A stretch of DNA of 54,460 nucleotides. Origin: Mycobacterium phage prophiGD12-2. The notes beneath the pieces are model-generated. The model did no database searches and was not told where the DNA came from. It saw only the letters and a program-made list of their open reading frames with translations. Each line of letters starts with the position of its first letter. Within the stretch, counting starts at the first letter, position 1. The stretch is taken from sequence record MW584207.1; one strand, written 5' to 3'. This document shows positions 27,593-37,903 of this stretch, one piece after another. The translations under genes were made by a program, and so were the position numbers.

Positions 27593-27894
27593 TGCCTTCG
27601 ATCCGATCCGATTTGGTCGGTGTCATCTACCTGCCCGGTGGGGCGCGCCTGTCCGCAGGCGATCCCGTCCCACCGGGTGAGGTGGTGGGCGTTCACCTGA
27701 TCGAAGACGGCGACCTTGACGCCGCAGACCCGGAGCCCACCGGGGTGCCAACCGATACCACTGACGTGACGGCCGAAGAGGTGACAGAGGCGCAGCCCGA
27801 GCCCGCCGAAGGGGCAGCCGAGGCACCCGAGCCGGTTGCACCCCGCCCGGCTACAAGCCGGACCCGGAAGCGCTCAAGTGGCCGCGCTCGCTGA
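27592..27894 (+). CDS. Hypothetical acidic protein
   Basis: GTG 27592 overlaps the MCP stop. Confidence 0.4.
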   Translation: MPSIRSDLVGVIYLPGGARLSAGDPVPPGEVVGVHLIEDGDLDAADPEPTGVPTDTTDVTAEEVTEAQPEPAEGAAEAPEPVAPRPATSRTRKRSSGRAR

Positions 27895-28252
27895 CCAGGC
27901 TGACGTTGAGGCGCGGCTACGCCGCGACCTGACCGCTGACGAGGTTGAGTGGCTGCCGGGCGTGCTCGATGAGGCCTCTGCCCTGGTTTCTGCCTACTGC
28001 GGTGACCGCGCGTTCGACCCGGTACCGGACAGGGTGCGCATCGTGACCTCACGGGTGGCGGCGCGCGCCCTAACTGGCCGAACTGACTCGGCCACCGCTG
28101 TCACCAATGCAGCGCACGTCTTCTCACAGACCGTGACTCTCAATGCCGACGCCGCCAATGGCGGCGTGTGGCTCACCAAGGCCGACAAACTCGCCCTGCG
28201 CCGCTGGGCCGTGTCGGGTAAGGCCTTCTCTGTCGACATCTCGGGTCGATGA
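27878..28252 (+). CDS. Head-to-tail adaptor/connector protein
   Basis: DVEARLRRDLTADEVEWLPGVLDEASALVSAYC, typical of phage head-tail connectors. GTG 27878; the start is uncertain. Confidence 0.5.
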   Translation: MAALADQADVEARLRRDLTADEVEWLPGVLDEASALVSAYCGDRAFDPVPDRVRIVTSRVAARALTGRTDSATAVTNAAHVFSQTVTLNADAANGGVWLTKADKLALRRWAVSGKAFSVDISGR

Positions 28253-28596
28253 CCGCGCCGAGCTTTCCCACACCGTTCGTCGTCGCGCACGAGGCCTTCA
28301 TTCCTGACGCCCTGAACGCGCACGGCGATCCGATCGACAAGTGGGCACCCGCGACCGCACGATCCGTGTATGGCGCTGGCCCGGCGATGTCGAATGAGCC
28401 GAAGTTGGTCGGCCAAGATCGCGTCATTGTTGACGTGGCGCTGCTCGTGCCGCCCGGCCAGGTCTACGGCCCACGTGACCGGGTGACACTGGCGGGCAAC
28501 GTCTTTGAATGCGTCGGCTATCCCGAGTCCACCGAATTCAATCCATTCGGCAAGCACTTCGGCGCTGTCGTCAACCTACGCAGAGTTGAAGGGTAG
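28249..28596 (+). CDS. Head-tail connector / head closure protein
   Basis: ATGA overlap. Size and position. Confidence 0.45.
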   Translation: MTAPSFPTPFVVAHEAFIPDALNAHGDPIDKWAPATARSVYGAGPAMSNEPKLVGQDRVIVDVALLVPPGQVYGPRDRVTLAGNVFECVGYPESTEFNPFGKHFGAVVNLRRVEG

Positions 28597-28605
28597 GGGG
28601 TAGGG

Positions 28606-28902
28606 ATGACCGTTACCAAGGTCCGCGTAAACAAACGCGCCTTCCGCGAGCTGCGCAAGTCGGCGGCGGTGCAGGCCAAGCTGCTTGAGGTCGGCGAGGT
28701 TGTCGCCCAAGATGCCAACCTGGATCACCAAGTGACCGCTGACGTGGCACAGAACGGCCCCGTCGAAGACGGGCCAAGCTATAAGGCAGACCTGCACGTC
28801 GGCAAGAACCGCGCCCGTGTCTCGGTAGTGACCGCGACCGGCCGCGCCATGGGGCACGAGCGCCGCACATCCTCGCTTCTGCGAGCAGCCGCACGCCGAT
28901 GA
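28606..28902 (+). CDS. Head-tail joining protein
   Basis: Position. Confidence 0.4.
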   Translation: MTVTKVRVNKRAFRELRKSAAVQAKLLEVGEVVAQDANLDHQVTADVAQNGPVEDGPSYKADLHVGKNRARVSVVTATGRAMGHERRTSSLLRAAARR

Positions 28903-29306
28903 CGCTCATCGTCCACCCGGACGTTGATCAGCTCGCCGTCACCTATTTCACCAACACCCTTGCCGCACAGGGCCACACGCAGCATGTGGGCAAGAAAGTA
29001 CCGGCCAAGAATCGCCCAGATCGTTTCATGCGCGTCTATTCCAACGGCGGGCCCGACGAATCGCTGATCGCCACGCGGGCGCAGGTCGTCGCCCAGCTCT
29101 ACGACATCGACGGCCCTCGGTGCGCTCAGACCGCGAATCTGGTGGCAGCACTGGGCAAGGCAGCCGTTGGCTTCCTGTTCGACGGCTACCCCTACGTAGC
29201 CAGGGCCAAAAAGCTCGGTGGCCCAACCGATCTGGACGACCCGGACGTCAAGACGCACGTCCGCTATCAGGTCGTCCTCGAATGGCTCGTCAGAGCCAAG
29301 CACTGA
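28899..29306 (+). CDS. Tail terminator-like protein
   Basis: Position immediately upstream of the major tail protein. Confidence 0.4.
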   Translation: MTLIVHPDVDQLAVTYFTNTLAAQGHTQHVGKKVPAKNRPDRFMRVYSNGGPDESLIATRAQVVAQLYDIDGPRCAQTANLVAALGKAAVGFLFDGYPYVARAKKLGGPTDLDDPDVKTHVRYQVVLEWLVRAKH

Positions 29307-29364
29307 GTCTCAAGGCATCTTTACCAATCCCATTGCCCGCGTTGGGCAGAGAGGTGTATTCACC

Positions 29365-30042
29365 ATGACCGGACCCATTGTCGCTGGCCCCGGTGGCGCA
29401 GCGGGCGATATCAAAGAACTGTTCTCCGGCTCGCCGACCGCGCCGGGAATCACTGGCGGTGTATTCATCGGTAAGCCGGGCATTGCGCTACCCCCGGCCG
29501 ATGACATCTTTATCCCCGCCACTGAGCACAGCCCTGACCTGAAAAATGTCGGCTTCGTCTCCGAAGACGGCGTGACCGGCACCGAAGATCGATCGATCAA
29601 TGAGATTGCGGCCTGGGGCGGCGATATCGTTGCGTTTCTACAGGAATCGTTTTCGGTATCGTGGCAGATGGTGCTGCTACAGATCATGAATCGAGAGATT
29701 GCCAAGCTGGCGTACGGCGACGACAACGTGGCCTACACGCAGGCGACGCAGGCGCATGGCAACTGGCTGGCCATCAAGGTCAACAAGCTGATGCTGCCGA
29801 AAAAGACTGTCTGGATTGACAGCTTCTACTCCGATGGCTCCGAAGGTCTCAAGGCGATGCGGTGGGTCGCACCGCTGGCCCAGGTGTCGGAGAAGGGTGA
29901 TTTTAAGACCGCCCATAGCGAGCTGTCGGGCCATGACTTGACGCTCAAGCTGCTGCCCGATTCACAGGGCAACAACGCCTACATCTACCTGGACGACGGC
30001 CAGGTTGTGCCCCTGCCCGCAGGCGGTGGCGAAACCCCTTAG
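29365..30042 (+). CDS. Major tail protein
   Basis: 225 aa from ATG 29365. Followed by a strong hairpin and then the tail chaperone pair. Confidence 0.6.
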   Translation: MTGPIVAGPGGAAGDIKELFSGSPTAPGITGGVFIGKPGIALPPADDIFIPATEHSPDLKNVGFVSEDGVTGTEDRSINEIAAWGGDIVAFLQESFSVSWQMVLLQIMNREIAKLAYGDDNVAYTQATQAHGNWLAIKVNKLMLPKKTVWIDSFYSDGSEGLKAMRWVAPLAQVSEKGDFKTAHSELSGHDLTLKLLPDSQGNNAYIYLDDGQVVPLPAGGGETP

Positions 30043-30157
30043 CGCCTCCCCCGGCTCCGGAACCTGACCCGGAACCGGAGCCGGAGCCTGACCCCGAGCC
30101 GAGCGGCGACGGGGCTTAGGAGAGGCGAAAACCAGCCGCCCACCGATTCACCACGCT

Positions 30158-30198
30158 GTCCCGCCCGTCCGTTTTGCCTTGGGACAGGCGGGCGGGAC
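30158..30198 (+). terminator. GC-rich hairpin (10-bp perfect stem GTCCCGCCCG/CGGGCGGGAC) after the major tail gene
   Basis: Inverted repeat at 30158-30167 and 30189-30198. Confidence 0.45.
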
Positions 30199-30240
30199 CC
30201 AAGGCACTCCAAGGCAACTCACCTGCAAAGGAACAATCAC

Positions 30241-30696
30241 ATGGCCACCAAGGCAACCACAAAAAAGACCGCCCCCGCTGTCGAAGTTGACGATGACGAT
30301 GTCCGTGAGTACGAGGACAACCTCGACATAGCAGAGGGCGAGCAGAGCACCGAGACCCCCGCGAAGCCGGAACCGGAGCCGGGCGATCCCGAGTTCGATT
30401 GGGCGCCTATCTACGTCGAGGGCACCGAGCTGAAACGCTACGAAGACCCCTCGGGCACGGTGGTGGCGCTGCCGCCGTTCCCGACGCCGGACGCGGGCGA
30501 CATCTTCGCTGATCTGCTGGAGGACATTCCAGATCACGTGATGCTGATCAAGCTCTTCCGTCAGGCCATGCGTGATCACGCTGTCGACTACGCCGAAGGT
30601 ATCGCGGCGATCACCGCGGCCTTCCGTGGTGGCGGCAAGCTGGCTGATATCAAGAGCCTGCTGACGTTCTGGTCAGGGGCCAAACTCCCAAACTAA
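30241..30696 (+). CDS. Tail assembly chaperone (gpG-like)
   Basis: Acidic 151-aa protein between the major tail and TMP genes. Confidence 0.65.
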   Translation: MATKATTKKTAPAVEVDDDDVREYEDNLDIAEGEQSTETPAKPEPEPGDPEFDWAPIYVEGTELKRYEDPSGTVVALPPFPTPDAGDIFADLLEDIPDHVMLIKLFRQAMRDHAVDYAEGIAAITAAFRGGGKLADIKSLLTFWSGAKLPN

Positions 30697-31130
30697 TTGG
30701 CGAGGTCCGTGACTTCGCACGCAAGCACGAGGCGGCATTCCGCCTAGACCTGCTGCACGCCGGGTTGCGTTTCGACCGCCCGGCGTGCAGCTGGGAAGAC
30801 TTGCATGCGTTCACCGTGGCCTCACCACCGGGGACTGCCATTCATTACGAGCTGGCCGAAGGGTGGCCGCTCGACTCACATCTTCTCGCCGGAATCCTTG
30901 AGCGCCTTAACGACTGGTTGTGGCTGCACACCAAGGATGCGCAGCGCAAGCCGCCACGGAACCGGCCAAAACAGATCCCACGCCCCGGCGTGCGTGAGCG
31001 CGCAAACGCGCTGACGGCAGCTCTCGGGGGCCGCACACAACAGGTCGTCCCGATGGCCGCATTCGCATCGATGTGGCGCGAGGCACGGGCCCGATGGAAA
31101 CGACAGAAGGGAGTTAGCGATGGGCAATGA
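30241..31130 (+). CDS. Tail assembly chaperone G-T fusion via a programmed -1 frameshift at C_CCA_AAC (30687-30693)
   Basis: The heptamer fits X_XXY_YYZ three nt before the gpG stop. The -1 frame is open from 30648 to 31130 and encodes the T portion. Confidence 0.55.
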
Positions 31131-34100
31131 GCTAATGGCCCTTTGGGTTTCGATCGTGCCCGATACCTCCCGCCTGGTACGCGAGACCCGTCGCGCCGTT
31201 GACGGCATTGACCTGACGGTCGACATTGACGCCGACACCGGCAAGGCGCGCCTGCAAATCAAGCGGCTGGACCGCGAACTGAGCAAGGCGCGGCCCTACA
31301 GGATCGACATCGACCGCAAGCAGGTCACCGAGGCCGCGTCCTTCATTTCCAAGACCCTCGGCGGGGCGATGGCAGGCGCCCTGGGCGGTCTAGCTATCAC
31401 AGGCGCCGCTGGTGGACTGACAGCCCTTACTGGCGCGATCATGTCCGCTAGCGGCGCGTTTGGGCTTTTGCCGGCCACCGCTGGCGGCGCGGCGACAGCT
31501 ATCGGCGCGCTCAAGGTCGCCACCCTCGGCTTCGGCGACGCCATGAAGGACATTGGCGACCCCGAAAAGTTCGCTAAGGCTATCGCAGACCTGTCACCGA
31601 ACGCCCGCGAGACCGCGACCGCTATCCAGTCCATGCTGCCGCAGCTCAAGGACTTGAAAAACGCGGTACAGGACCGATTCTTTGACGGATTCGCCTCCGA
31701 AGTGAAGGCCCTGGGCGCCACCTATCTGCCGATGATGCAAGGCGCCATGGCCGACATTGCGGGCAGTGCAAACAGCGCACTCAAGAGCGTTTCGGCGCTT
31801 CTGCAAGCACCGCAATCCGTTTCGGACATGGCAACACTGACCGGAAACAGCGCGACGGCATTCAACACCTTGTCGCAGGCCCTTTCGCCGGTCGTCAAAT
31901 CTCTGCTGGATATCGGCACTGTCGGCTCCACCTTCATGCCGCAGCTGGCGCAGGGCGCCACCAACGCCGCCAATTCCTTCGCCCGGTTCGTCAGCAATGC
32001 GCGCGAAAGCGGCCGCATGACTGAGTGGATTCAGACCGGCATTCATGCCATGGGCCAGCTCGCCGATATCACAGGCAATCTGGGGTCGATCCTCGGCGGG
32101 GTGTTCCGCGCAGGCAACGACGTGGGCGGCGGATTCCTGGGTTCGTTGCAGACCGTGACGCAGACGATGCGCGACTTCGTGAACTCCGCCGAGGGCCAGG
32201 ATGCTTTGGGCGCCTTCTTCACTGGAGCCAAGGAAGCCCTTGCCGCTCTGTCGCCGATCCTCAAGACAGTCGGCCAAAGCCTGCTCGGCACCGTCATCCC
32301 CGCATTCACCGGCCTGGGCACTGCCGCCGCGCCTGCGCTGCAAGCGGTGTTCACCAATCTGGCCGAGGTCATGAAGACCCTTGCCCCCGTGGTGACCTCG
32401 CTGGCGGGCCCTATCTCGACCCTGCTGGGCGCCATCGGACCGGCCGTAGTCCAGACCATTCAAGCGCTCGCCCCGGCAATTGCGCCGTTGGCGCAGGCCT
32501 TCGCCGACCTGGTGGCTGGTGCGGCCCCGATCCTGCCCGTGCTTGGGCAGCTGGTCGGCGCGGTGGTCGGTGCGCTCGCCCCAGCCCTGTCGACGCTATT
32601 CAAGGCCCTGGCCCCGGTCGTCTCGGCGCTCGCGAACGCACTCAAGCCGGTCATCGACCAGCTGGCACCCGTACTGGCCGAGGTCGCAGGCACATTCGCC
32701 AACGCCTTCGCGGGCGCCCTCCAGCAGGTCACGCCGCTACTGCCCCCGCTGCTGGGCGCAATGGGCGATCTGCTCAAGACGGCGATTCCCCTTCTGCCTC
32801 CGCTGGCCGAGCTGGGCACTGCCGCCATTCCCGCCATTGCGGCGGCGATCAAGGTTGTGGCGCCACTGTTCACCGGGCTGGTCAAGATCCTCACGCCCAT
32901 CGTTGACGTGGTGATCAAGCCCATGATCAGCGGATTCAAGGCGCTGGCCGATGTCATCAGCGGGGTTGCTGGTGGCTTGAACGGCATCGTTGATAAGGCC
33001 AGCGGCTTCCTGTCCAAGGTGCCTGGCCTCGGCGGCATCTTCGGCCACAAAGACGGTGGCCCGATCGGCAACGCGCCGGGCTACGCCGGAGGCGGCAAGG
33101 TCAGCGGACGGGGCACCGGCACCAGCGACTCCATCTTGGCGTGGCTGTCCAATGGCGAAGGTGTCATGACAGCGGCGGCGATGCGCAATGGCGGCGCCCC
33201 AATCCTGGCCGCGCTAAACGCCGGGTGGGTGCCACCGGCGGAAATGCTGCACGCCATGATCCCTGGCTTCGCCCAGGGTCTCAACCCTGGCGCCGACTTC
33301 CTGCGCACCACGATCATGCGCCAGTGGCCGCAGATCGATGACATCGGCGGGCGCCGCGCCGAGGACGGCTACGGCGAGCACTCCAGCGGCAACGCCATTG
33401 ACGTGATGGTCCCCGGTTGGGACACCCCTCAGGGCATGATGCTCGGCAATCAGGTTGCAGGCTTCCTGGTCAAGAACCGCGAACAACTCGGCCTGGACGG
33501 ATTCATCTGGCGCCAAACCAGCTACGGCTACGGCGGGTCATTCACAGACGGCAAGGCCATGAATGACCGTGGTTCGCCGACGCAGAACCACATGGACCAC
33601 CTACACGTCATGCTCGGCAAGGGCCGGGGCGCTGGCGCGGCAGCTGTCGGCCTACCCACCAGCAGCATTTCGCTGCCCTCGGCGTCCGGTATGTCCGGCG
33701 GCAGCAGCCTCTTCGGTGGTGGTTCGTCATCCGGTCGCGGCGGTGGCGCCGCAGGCGCGCGCCGGGTCCGCGAGGCGCAGGACCGTGTGTCTGATCGCGA
33801 CTTTGCCGTGCAGCAGGCGCAGGCCTCGCTGGACGAACTCAACGCTAAGGACCCCAGCAAGGTCACGCAGAAGCAGCGCGACGCCGCCGAACACCGGCTG
33901 GCCAAAGCCAAGCGTGAGCAGGCCCAAGCCACCGACGACCTGACAGCGACGCAAAACGAATACAACGCCGCCATGGCGAACTCACCATTTGGCGGTGGGG
34001 CCGGTGGTGGCAGCGCGGCGGGCAGTGACCTCGGCCAAGGGCTGATCGACGGCTTGTTTCAGGGCCTCGGTTTCGACGGTTCGCTGTTCTCCGACCCGAG

Positions 34101-34470
34101 GCAGTGGGGTCTGGTGAAGATGTTCACCGGCCTACTCGGCGGCGGCGGCGCTGGTGGGCCGGGCCAAGGCGGCGGCATGTTGAACAGCATGGGCCTGCCA
34201 AGCCTTACCGGCTTGTTCTCGCAAGGCCAGACATCGACGGTGACCGCAGAAAATGCGATGCCCGGCGGCGGGCCCGGTGGCCTTATCGCGGGCATTGGCG
34301 ATATCGCCACCAACGCTTTCCAGCAAGGCATGTCGGCCCCGACCACCATCGACAACTCAATCAACCTCAACGGCAATCAGGGCATGGACCCGCAGGCCGT
34401 TCAAACGTCCATCCAGAAGAAGCAGAACGAGCGGACGCGCACCTACGCGACGGCAGGACTGGGAGCATGA
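31120..34470 (+). CDS. Tape measure protein
   Basis: 1116 aa. Ala/Gly-rich helical repeats. SD GAAGGGAG. Embedded HSSGNAID...DHLH peptidase-like motif. Confidence 0.85.
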   Translation: MGNELMALWVSIVPDTSRLVRETRRAVDGIDLTVDIDADTGKARLQIKRLDRELSKARPYRIDIDRKQVTEAASFISKTLGGAMAGALGGLAITGAAGGLTALTGAIMSASGAFGLLPATAGGAATAIGALKVATLGFGDAMKDIGDPEKFAKAIADLSPNARETATAIQSMLPQLKDLKNAVQDRFFDGFASEVKALGATYLPMMQGAMADIAGSANSALKSVSALLQAPQSVSDMATLTGNSATAFNTLSQALSPVVKSLLDIGTVGSTFMPQLAQGATNAANSFARFVSNARESGRMTEWIQTGIHAMGQLADITGNLGSILGGVFRAGNDVGGGFLGSLQTVTQTMRDFVNSAEGQDALGAFFTGAKEALAALSPILKTVGQSLLGTVIPAFTGLGTAAAPALQAVFTNLAEVMKTLAPVVTSLAGPISTLLGAIGPAVVQTIQALAPAIAPLAQAFADLVAGAAPILPVLGQLVGAVVGALAPALSTLFKALAPVVSALANALKPVIDQLAPVLAEVAGTFANAFAGALQQVTPLLPPLLGAMGDLLKTAIPLLPPLAELGTAAIPAIAAAIKVVAPLFTGLVKILTPIVDVVIKPMISGFKALADVISGVAGGLNGIVDKASGFLSKVPGLGGIFGHKDGGPIGNAPGYAGGGKVSGRGTGTSDSILAWLSNGEGVMTAAAMRNGGAPILAALNAGWVPPAEMLHAMIPGFAQGLNPGADFLRTTIMRQWPQIDDIGGRRAEDGYGEHSSGNAIDVMVPGWDTPQGMMLGNQVAGFLVKNREQLGLDGFIWRQTSYGYGGSFTDGKAMNDRGSPTQNHMDHLHVMLGKGRGAGAAAVGLPTSSISLPSASGMSGGSSLFGGGSSSGRGGGAAGARRVREAQDRVSDRDFAVQQAQASLDELNAKDPSKVTQKQRDAAEHRLAKAKREQAQATDDLTATQNEYNAAMANSPFGGGAGGGSAAGSDLGQGLIDGLFQGLGFDGSLFSDPRQWGLVKMFTGLLGGGGAGGPGQGGGMLNSMGLPSLTGLFSQGQTSTVTAENAMPGGGPGGLIAGIGDIATNAFQQGMSAPTTIDNSINLNGNQGMDPQAVQTSIQKKQNERTRTYATAGLGA

Positions 34471-35696
34471 CCGAATCAGCCACCGCGCCGGATCATTGGG
34501 GCGAGAACCCGGCCGACAACCAGATTCAACCACCCTTCTACCGCTGGGGCGGAAACGCCAATGAGCGTGCCGGAGCGGTGTTTGCCGCCGTCAAGTTCCC
34601 CGGCTGGGAGCAATTCACCCGCTGGGAATGGCTACCCGAAGAGCTTAAGAACATGGAAACCAACCTGCTGTACATCGGTGTCGATGGCAGCAAGTGGCAC
34701 CTTGCAGGGAACCATCGCGGCCGCGAAGGGGCGGTGCTGGAGTCCGAGCTGATGGGCGCCATGTCGGTGCCGTTCGATCACCGGTTCTCGGAAGGGCCCT
34801 ACCTGATCGGCTCCCGGCTGGAGCGCACCGACATCAAACGCCGCACGCAGTCCTTCGGCGTCATCCTGAACCCAAACGCCAATGTGCGTGCCCGCCTGAA
34901 TATTTCGACCGAGACCATCTACCGCAACACCGAGGCCAGGTGGCAGCGGGCTTGGTCGAAGACGCAGCACGGCTGGTTGGGCTACTTCACACGCTCAACC
35001 GGATGGCGCTGGCTCAAAGTCATTTTGGATGGCGGCGCCACCCCCGAGACCATGAAAAAGGACCCGGTGGCGTTCGGCAACAACATGCGCCAGGTGACGA
35101 TGAACGTCGTCAGCCCGGACCCCTACGCCTACAAAAAGATGTTCCGCTCCAAGACCGTTGGCTTCGACGCCACCAAGCCTAAGGTTACGGTCGGCGGTGA
35201 GGGCTCACTGTTCACCACCCTTGAGGACTTCCTGACTGACGGCATCGAAGCACTGCCCATGCAGGCCTGGCTGACCCACGTCCAATACGTCAACAAGGGC
35301 CAAATCGATGACTGGCCGAAGTTCATCATCAGCGGTACCGGCACGGCATGGATACAGGACGGCCTCACACAGAACTTGGTGCGCTGTCCCGAAATCTACA
35401 GCGGCGATGGCTTTCTCATGGTGGACACCGACCCGACTGCCCGCACCTTCACCACCAGCAAGGAGCCCGTAGACAACGTGTTCTACCGGTTCGCGCGCCA
35501 GGCCGAAATCCTCGATTACCTGCCGCTGCTGCATGACCTGGGCGACCAAGGGCTGCCCGCGTGGCGCCGCACCCGTGGGCAGCGGTTCGCATCCATCATC
35601 CCGCGTGAGACGGCGGTTACGACCGCCGTCTACCACACCAACCCCGAGGCAAAGGTGACCGCTTTCATGCCACAGAAATACGAGACCGCTTTCTAG
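34467..35696 (+). CDS. Minor tail protein (distal tail-like)
   Basis: ATGA overlap with the TMP stop. 409 aa. Confidence 0.55.
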   Translation: MTESATAPDHWGENPADNQIQPPFYRWGGNANERAGAVFAAVKFPGWEQFTRWEWLPEELKNMETNLLYIGVDGSKWHLAGNHRGREGAVLESELMGAMSVPFDHRFSEGPYLIGSRLERTDIKRRTQSFGVILNPNANVRARLNISTETIYRNTEARWQRAWSKTQHGWLGYFTRSTGWRWLKVILDGGATPETMKKDPVAFGNNMRQVTMNVVSPDPYAYKKMFRSKTVGFDATKPKVTVGGEGSLFTTLEDFLTDGIEALPMQAWLTHVQYVNKGQIDDWPKFIISGTGTAWIQDGLTQNLVRCPEIYSGDGFLMVDTDPTARTFTTSKEPVDNVFYRFARQAEILDYLPLLHDLGDQGLPAWRRTRGQRFASIIPRETAVTTAVYHTNPEAKVTAFMPQKYETAF

Positions 35697-37418
35697 ATGG
35701 CAACTTTGGCTGCGCCCGATCCTGCGCGCAGCCCTGGTGAGGCGTACCGCTACATGCATCGGCGGCGCCAGGTCATCATCGACTCGGCCCGCCAGCGCCC
35801 ACTAATCCGCCTGTGGGACAAGGACATGAAGTTCATCGGCGTTGTTGCCGCTGAACAAAAACTTGACGCCGAAGAGATGATTCACGCGGCCGGGCAGGGC
35901 TCAATCACGCTGCTCGCGAACGACTGGCTGACCGAGTTCATTACCCGCGATGTGCGCGCCGAAGAGGACTTGCACATCACCATCGACCCCAACCCGACGA
36001 AGCGCACATGGCGCACCCGGTGGGGCGGCAAAGTCGAATCGGTCAACATCAAGCGGACCGCTGACGGCATCCACTTGGTCGAGCTACAGCTCATCCACAA
36101 CCGCAAGCACCTCGAACATATCTTGTTGGGCGCCAACCCATTCTTTCCACCCGAGGTTCAGCAGCCGAAGATGTGGCTGCTACCTGGCAACACCCGCACC
36201 ATCTGCGCCACAACACTGTTCGTGAACCTGGCCCGCCAGTACATGCCGGGTTTCAACATCATCACCAACATCGCCAACCCGGCGGTGTGGCTGGGCACCA
36301 AGCTCACCAATATCAGCCCACTCGACTTTCCCGTCCAGGTTGCCTATGTAAACCCATTCCTGGACCAGTCGCGGCTGAGCTTCGTCACCTCACGGTGGAC
36401 CGACGCGCACAGTGTCTTCGATCCGATCCTCAAGGACGCCGGGTGCATCATCCGCGCCTACACATGGCTTACCGAAGACGAGGATTCTCCACACACCGAG
36501 CTGTCCGAACTGCTCGGCAACAACATCTTGACCAGGCCCACCCGCAACTGCGTTGTCCTTGCGGTAGAAGATAAGTCGGGCGTCACCGGCCCCACTGGAA
36601 CCGCCATCGACGGTGTGATCAACCTGTTCGGCTCCCTGGCCGACGACATGATCACCGAGACCATTATTCCGGTCGACGCCGACCACGACGGCAAGACCGA
36701 TCCGCTGTTTCGCAAGTGGCTCAAGGTCGCCCCAGCACCGCCAAAGGTGATCTTCCGCGACACAGAGCATTCGGCGATCATCGACGCCGTTAGAGCGGTG
36801 CACAAGGCCAAGGCCCGCACCATCATGACGGGCTCCAAGTCACCGGCAATTGTGAACCAGCTCCAGACATTTGGCATCAAGTACGCCCTGTCAGAGCTGT
36901 CGGCGCTGATATCTCAAGGCCCATTTGCCGCACAGGTTCCCGGCACTCCGGGCTTGGAAGAGCTCTATCAGGGCCAATTAGATAACAGTCTGCTTGCGTA
37001 CCAACGGTTTACGGACATAAAGCGTGTATTCCAAATGGGCACACACGCTTTCCTTGAACACTGGGAAGCGGGCTCAGGCTCGGCATACACCGTGTCCGGT
37101 ATCAAGTCGCTGCGCGATGGCCATTGGAAAACGCGGCCTTACACCAGCTTTAAGACAAACGTCGTCAATGGCTACCCCTGGCTGGTTCATTACGACTTCA
37201 CTCTCGGCGACCGCCTGGGCTTTGAGTTGGTCGATGTCATCCACGCCGACCAGTGCTCGGCGATTCGGATGGCCTACGACGAGACCACGCCGCTGCAATA
37301 CGGGCTGTCAATAGGCATGGACGGCGAAGAAGAAGATCCCGCCGCCAAGGGGATGCGAACACTGCAAGCGGCCTGGTCGGTCGTCGGAATGCTCATGGGA
37401 AGTGGGGACGAATTCTAA
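35697..37418 (+). CDS. Minor tail protein (573 aa)
   Basis: Position after the distal tail-like gene. Confidence 0.55.
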   Translation: MATLAAPDPARSPGEAYRYMHRRRQVIIDSARQRPLIRLWDKDMKFIGVVAAEQKLDAEEMIHAAGQGSITLLANDWLTEFITRDVRAEEDLHITIDPNPTKRTWRTRWGGKVESVNIKRTADGIHLVELQLIHNRKHLEHILLGANPFFPPEVQQPKMWLLPGNTRTICATTLFVNLARQYMPGFNIITNIANPAVWLGTKLTNISPLDFPVQVAYVNPFLDQSRLSFVTSRWTDAHSVFDPILKDAGCIIRAYTWLTEDEDSPHTELSELLGNNILTRPTRNCVVLAVEDKSGVTGPTGTAIDGVINLFGSLADDMITETIIPVDADHDGKTDPLFRKWLKVAPAPPKVIFRDTEHSAIIDAVRAVHKAKARTIMTGSKSPAIVNQLQTFGIKYALSELSALISQGPFAAQVPGTPGLEELYQGQLDNSLLAYQRFTDIKRVFQMGTHAFLEHWEAGSGSAYTVSGIKSLRDGHWKTRPYTSFKTNVVNGYPWLVHYDFTLGDRLGFELVDVIHADQCSAIRMAYDETTPLQYGLSIGMDGEEEDPAAKGMRTLQAAWSVVGMLMGSGDEF

Positions 37419-37903
37419 TGTACGTCAACGGCACTCACGAAGGCGCGGCCATGGGGACCGACCCACGGGTCACCGACGCCCCCGCCGAACACCTAGACAA
37501 CGCCAACGTGGCCATGCATCAGATAGCCAGCGCGTTGGTGGCGGTCGGCATGCGCGACGGCAAGACATTGGACCTGTCCTATCTGGCGCCGATGATTGCC
37601 TATCACCTTGCGCTGCGCGGCTTCCGGCTTCACCAGGATGAGGCGCTGATCAAGAGTCGCCGTGTCGAAGGCGCCCAACACCAGGGCGCTTTGGAGTGGG
37701 TGGGCATCAATGCACCCGATGACGTGCGCGAGGAAATCGACACCGCCACCACGCCGCAGGACATCGAAAACCTGTCCGGCAACGCCAAGGCCTTTTGGAT
37801 TCGCCAGCTCGGCGGTGTGCCCGTCGATGACGTGCCCGAGGGCTGGCGGCAGAAGACCCGCATCACTTTCCAAGACGACGAGCAGACGGAGGCTCCACTA
37901 TGA
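37418..37903 (+). CDS. Minor tail protein
   Basis: TAATG overlap at 37418. Confidence 0.45.
   Translation: MYVNGTHEGAAMGTDPRVTDAPAEHLDNANVAMHQIASALVAVGMRDGKTLDLSYLAPMIAYHLALRGFRLHQDEALIKSRRVEGAQHQGALEWVGINAPDDVREEIDTATTPQDIENLSGNAKAFWIRQLGGVPVDDVPEGWRQKTRITFQDDEQTEAPL

Noticed and set aside
30043-30120. CCGGAGCCGGAACC-type short repeats after the major tail gene as a mobile or minisatellite element
   Set aside because: They are only about 70 bp of imperfect GC-rich repeats in an intergenic spacer before a terminator hairpin, with no coding or mobile hallmarks.
31594-33974. Long antisense ORFs inside the tape measure gene (for example 31594..32463 and 32460..33071 on the minus strand)
   Set aside because: These are high-GC antisense artefacts fully contained in a well-supported 1116-aa TMP gene.
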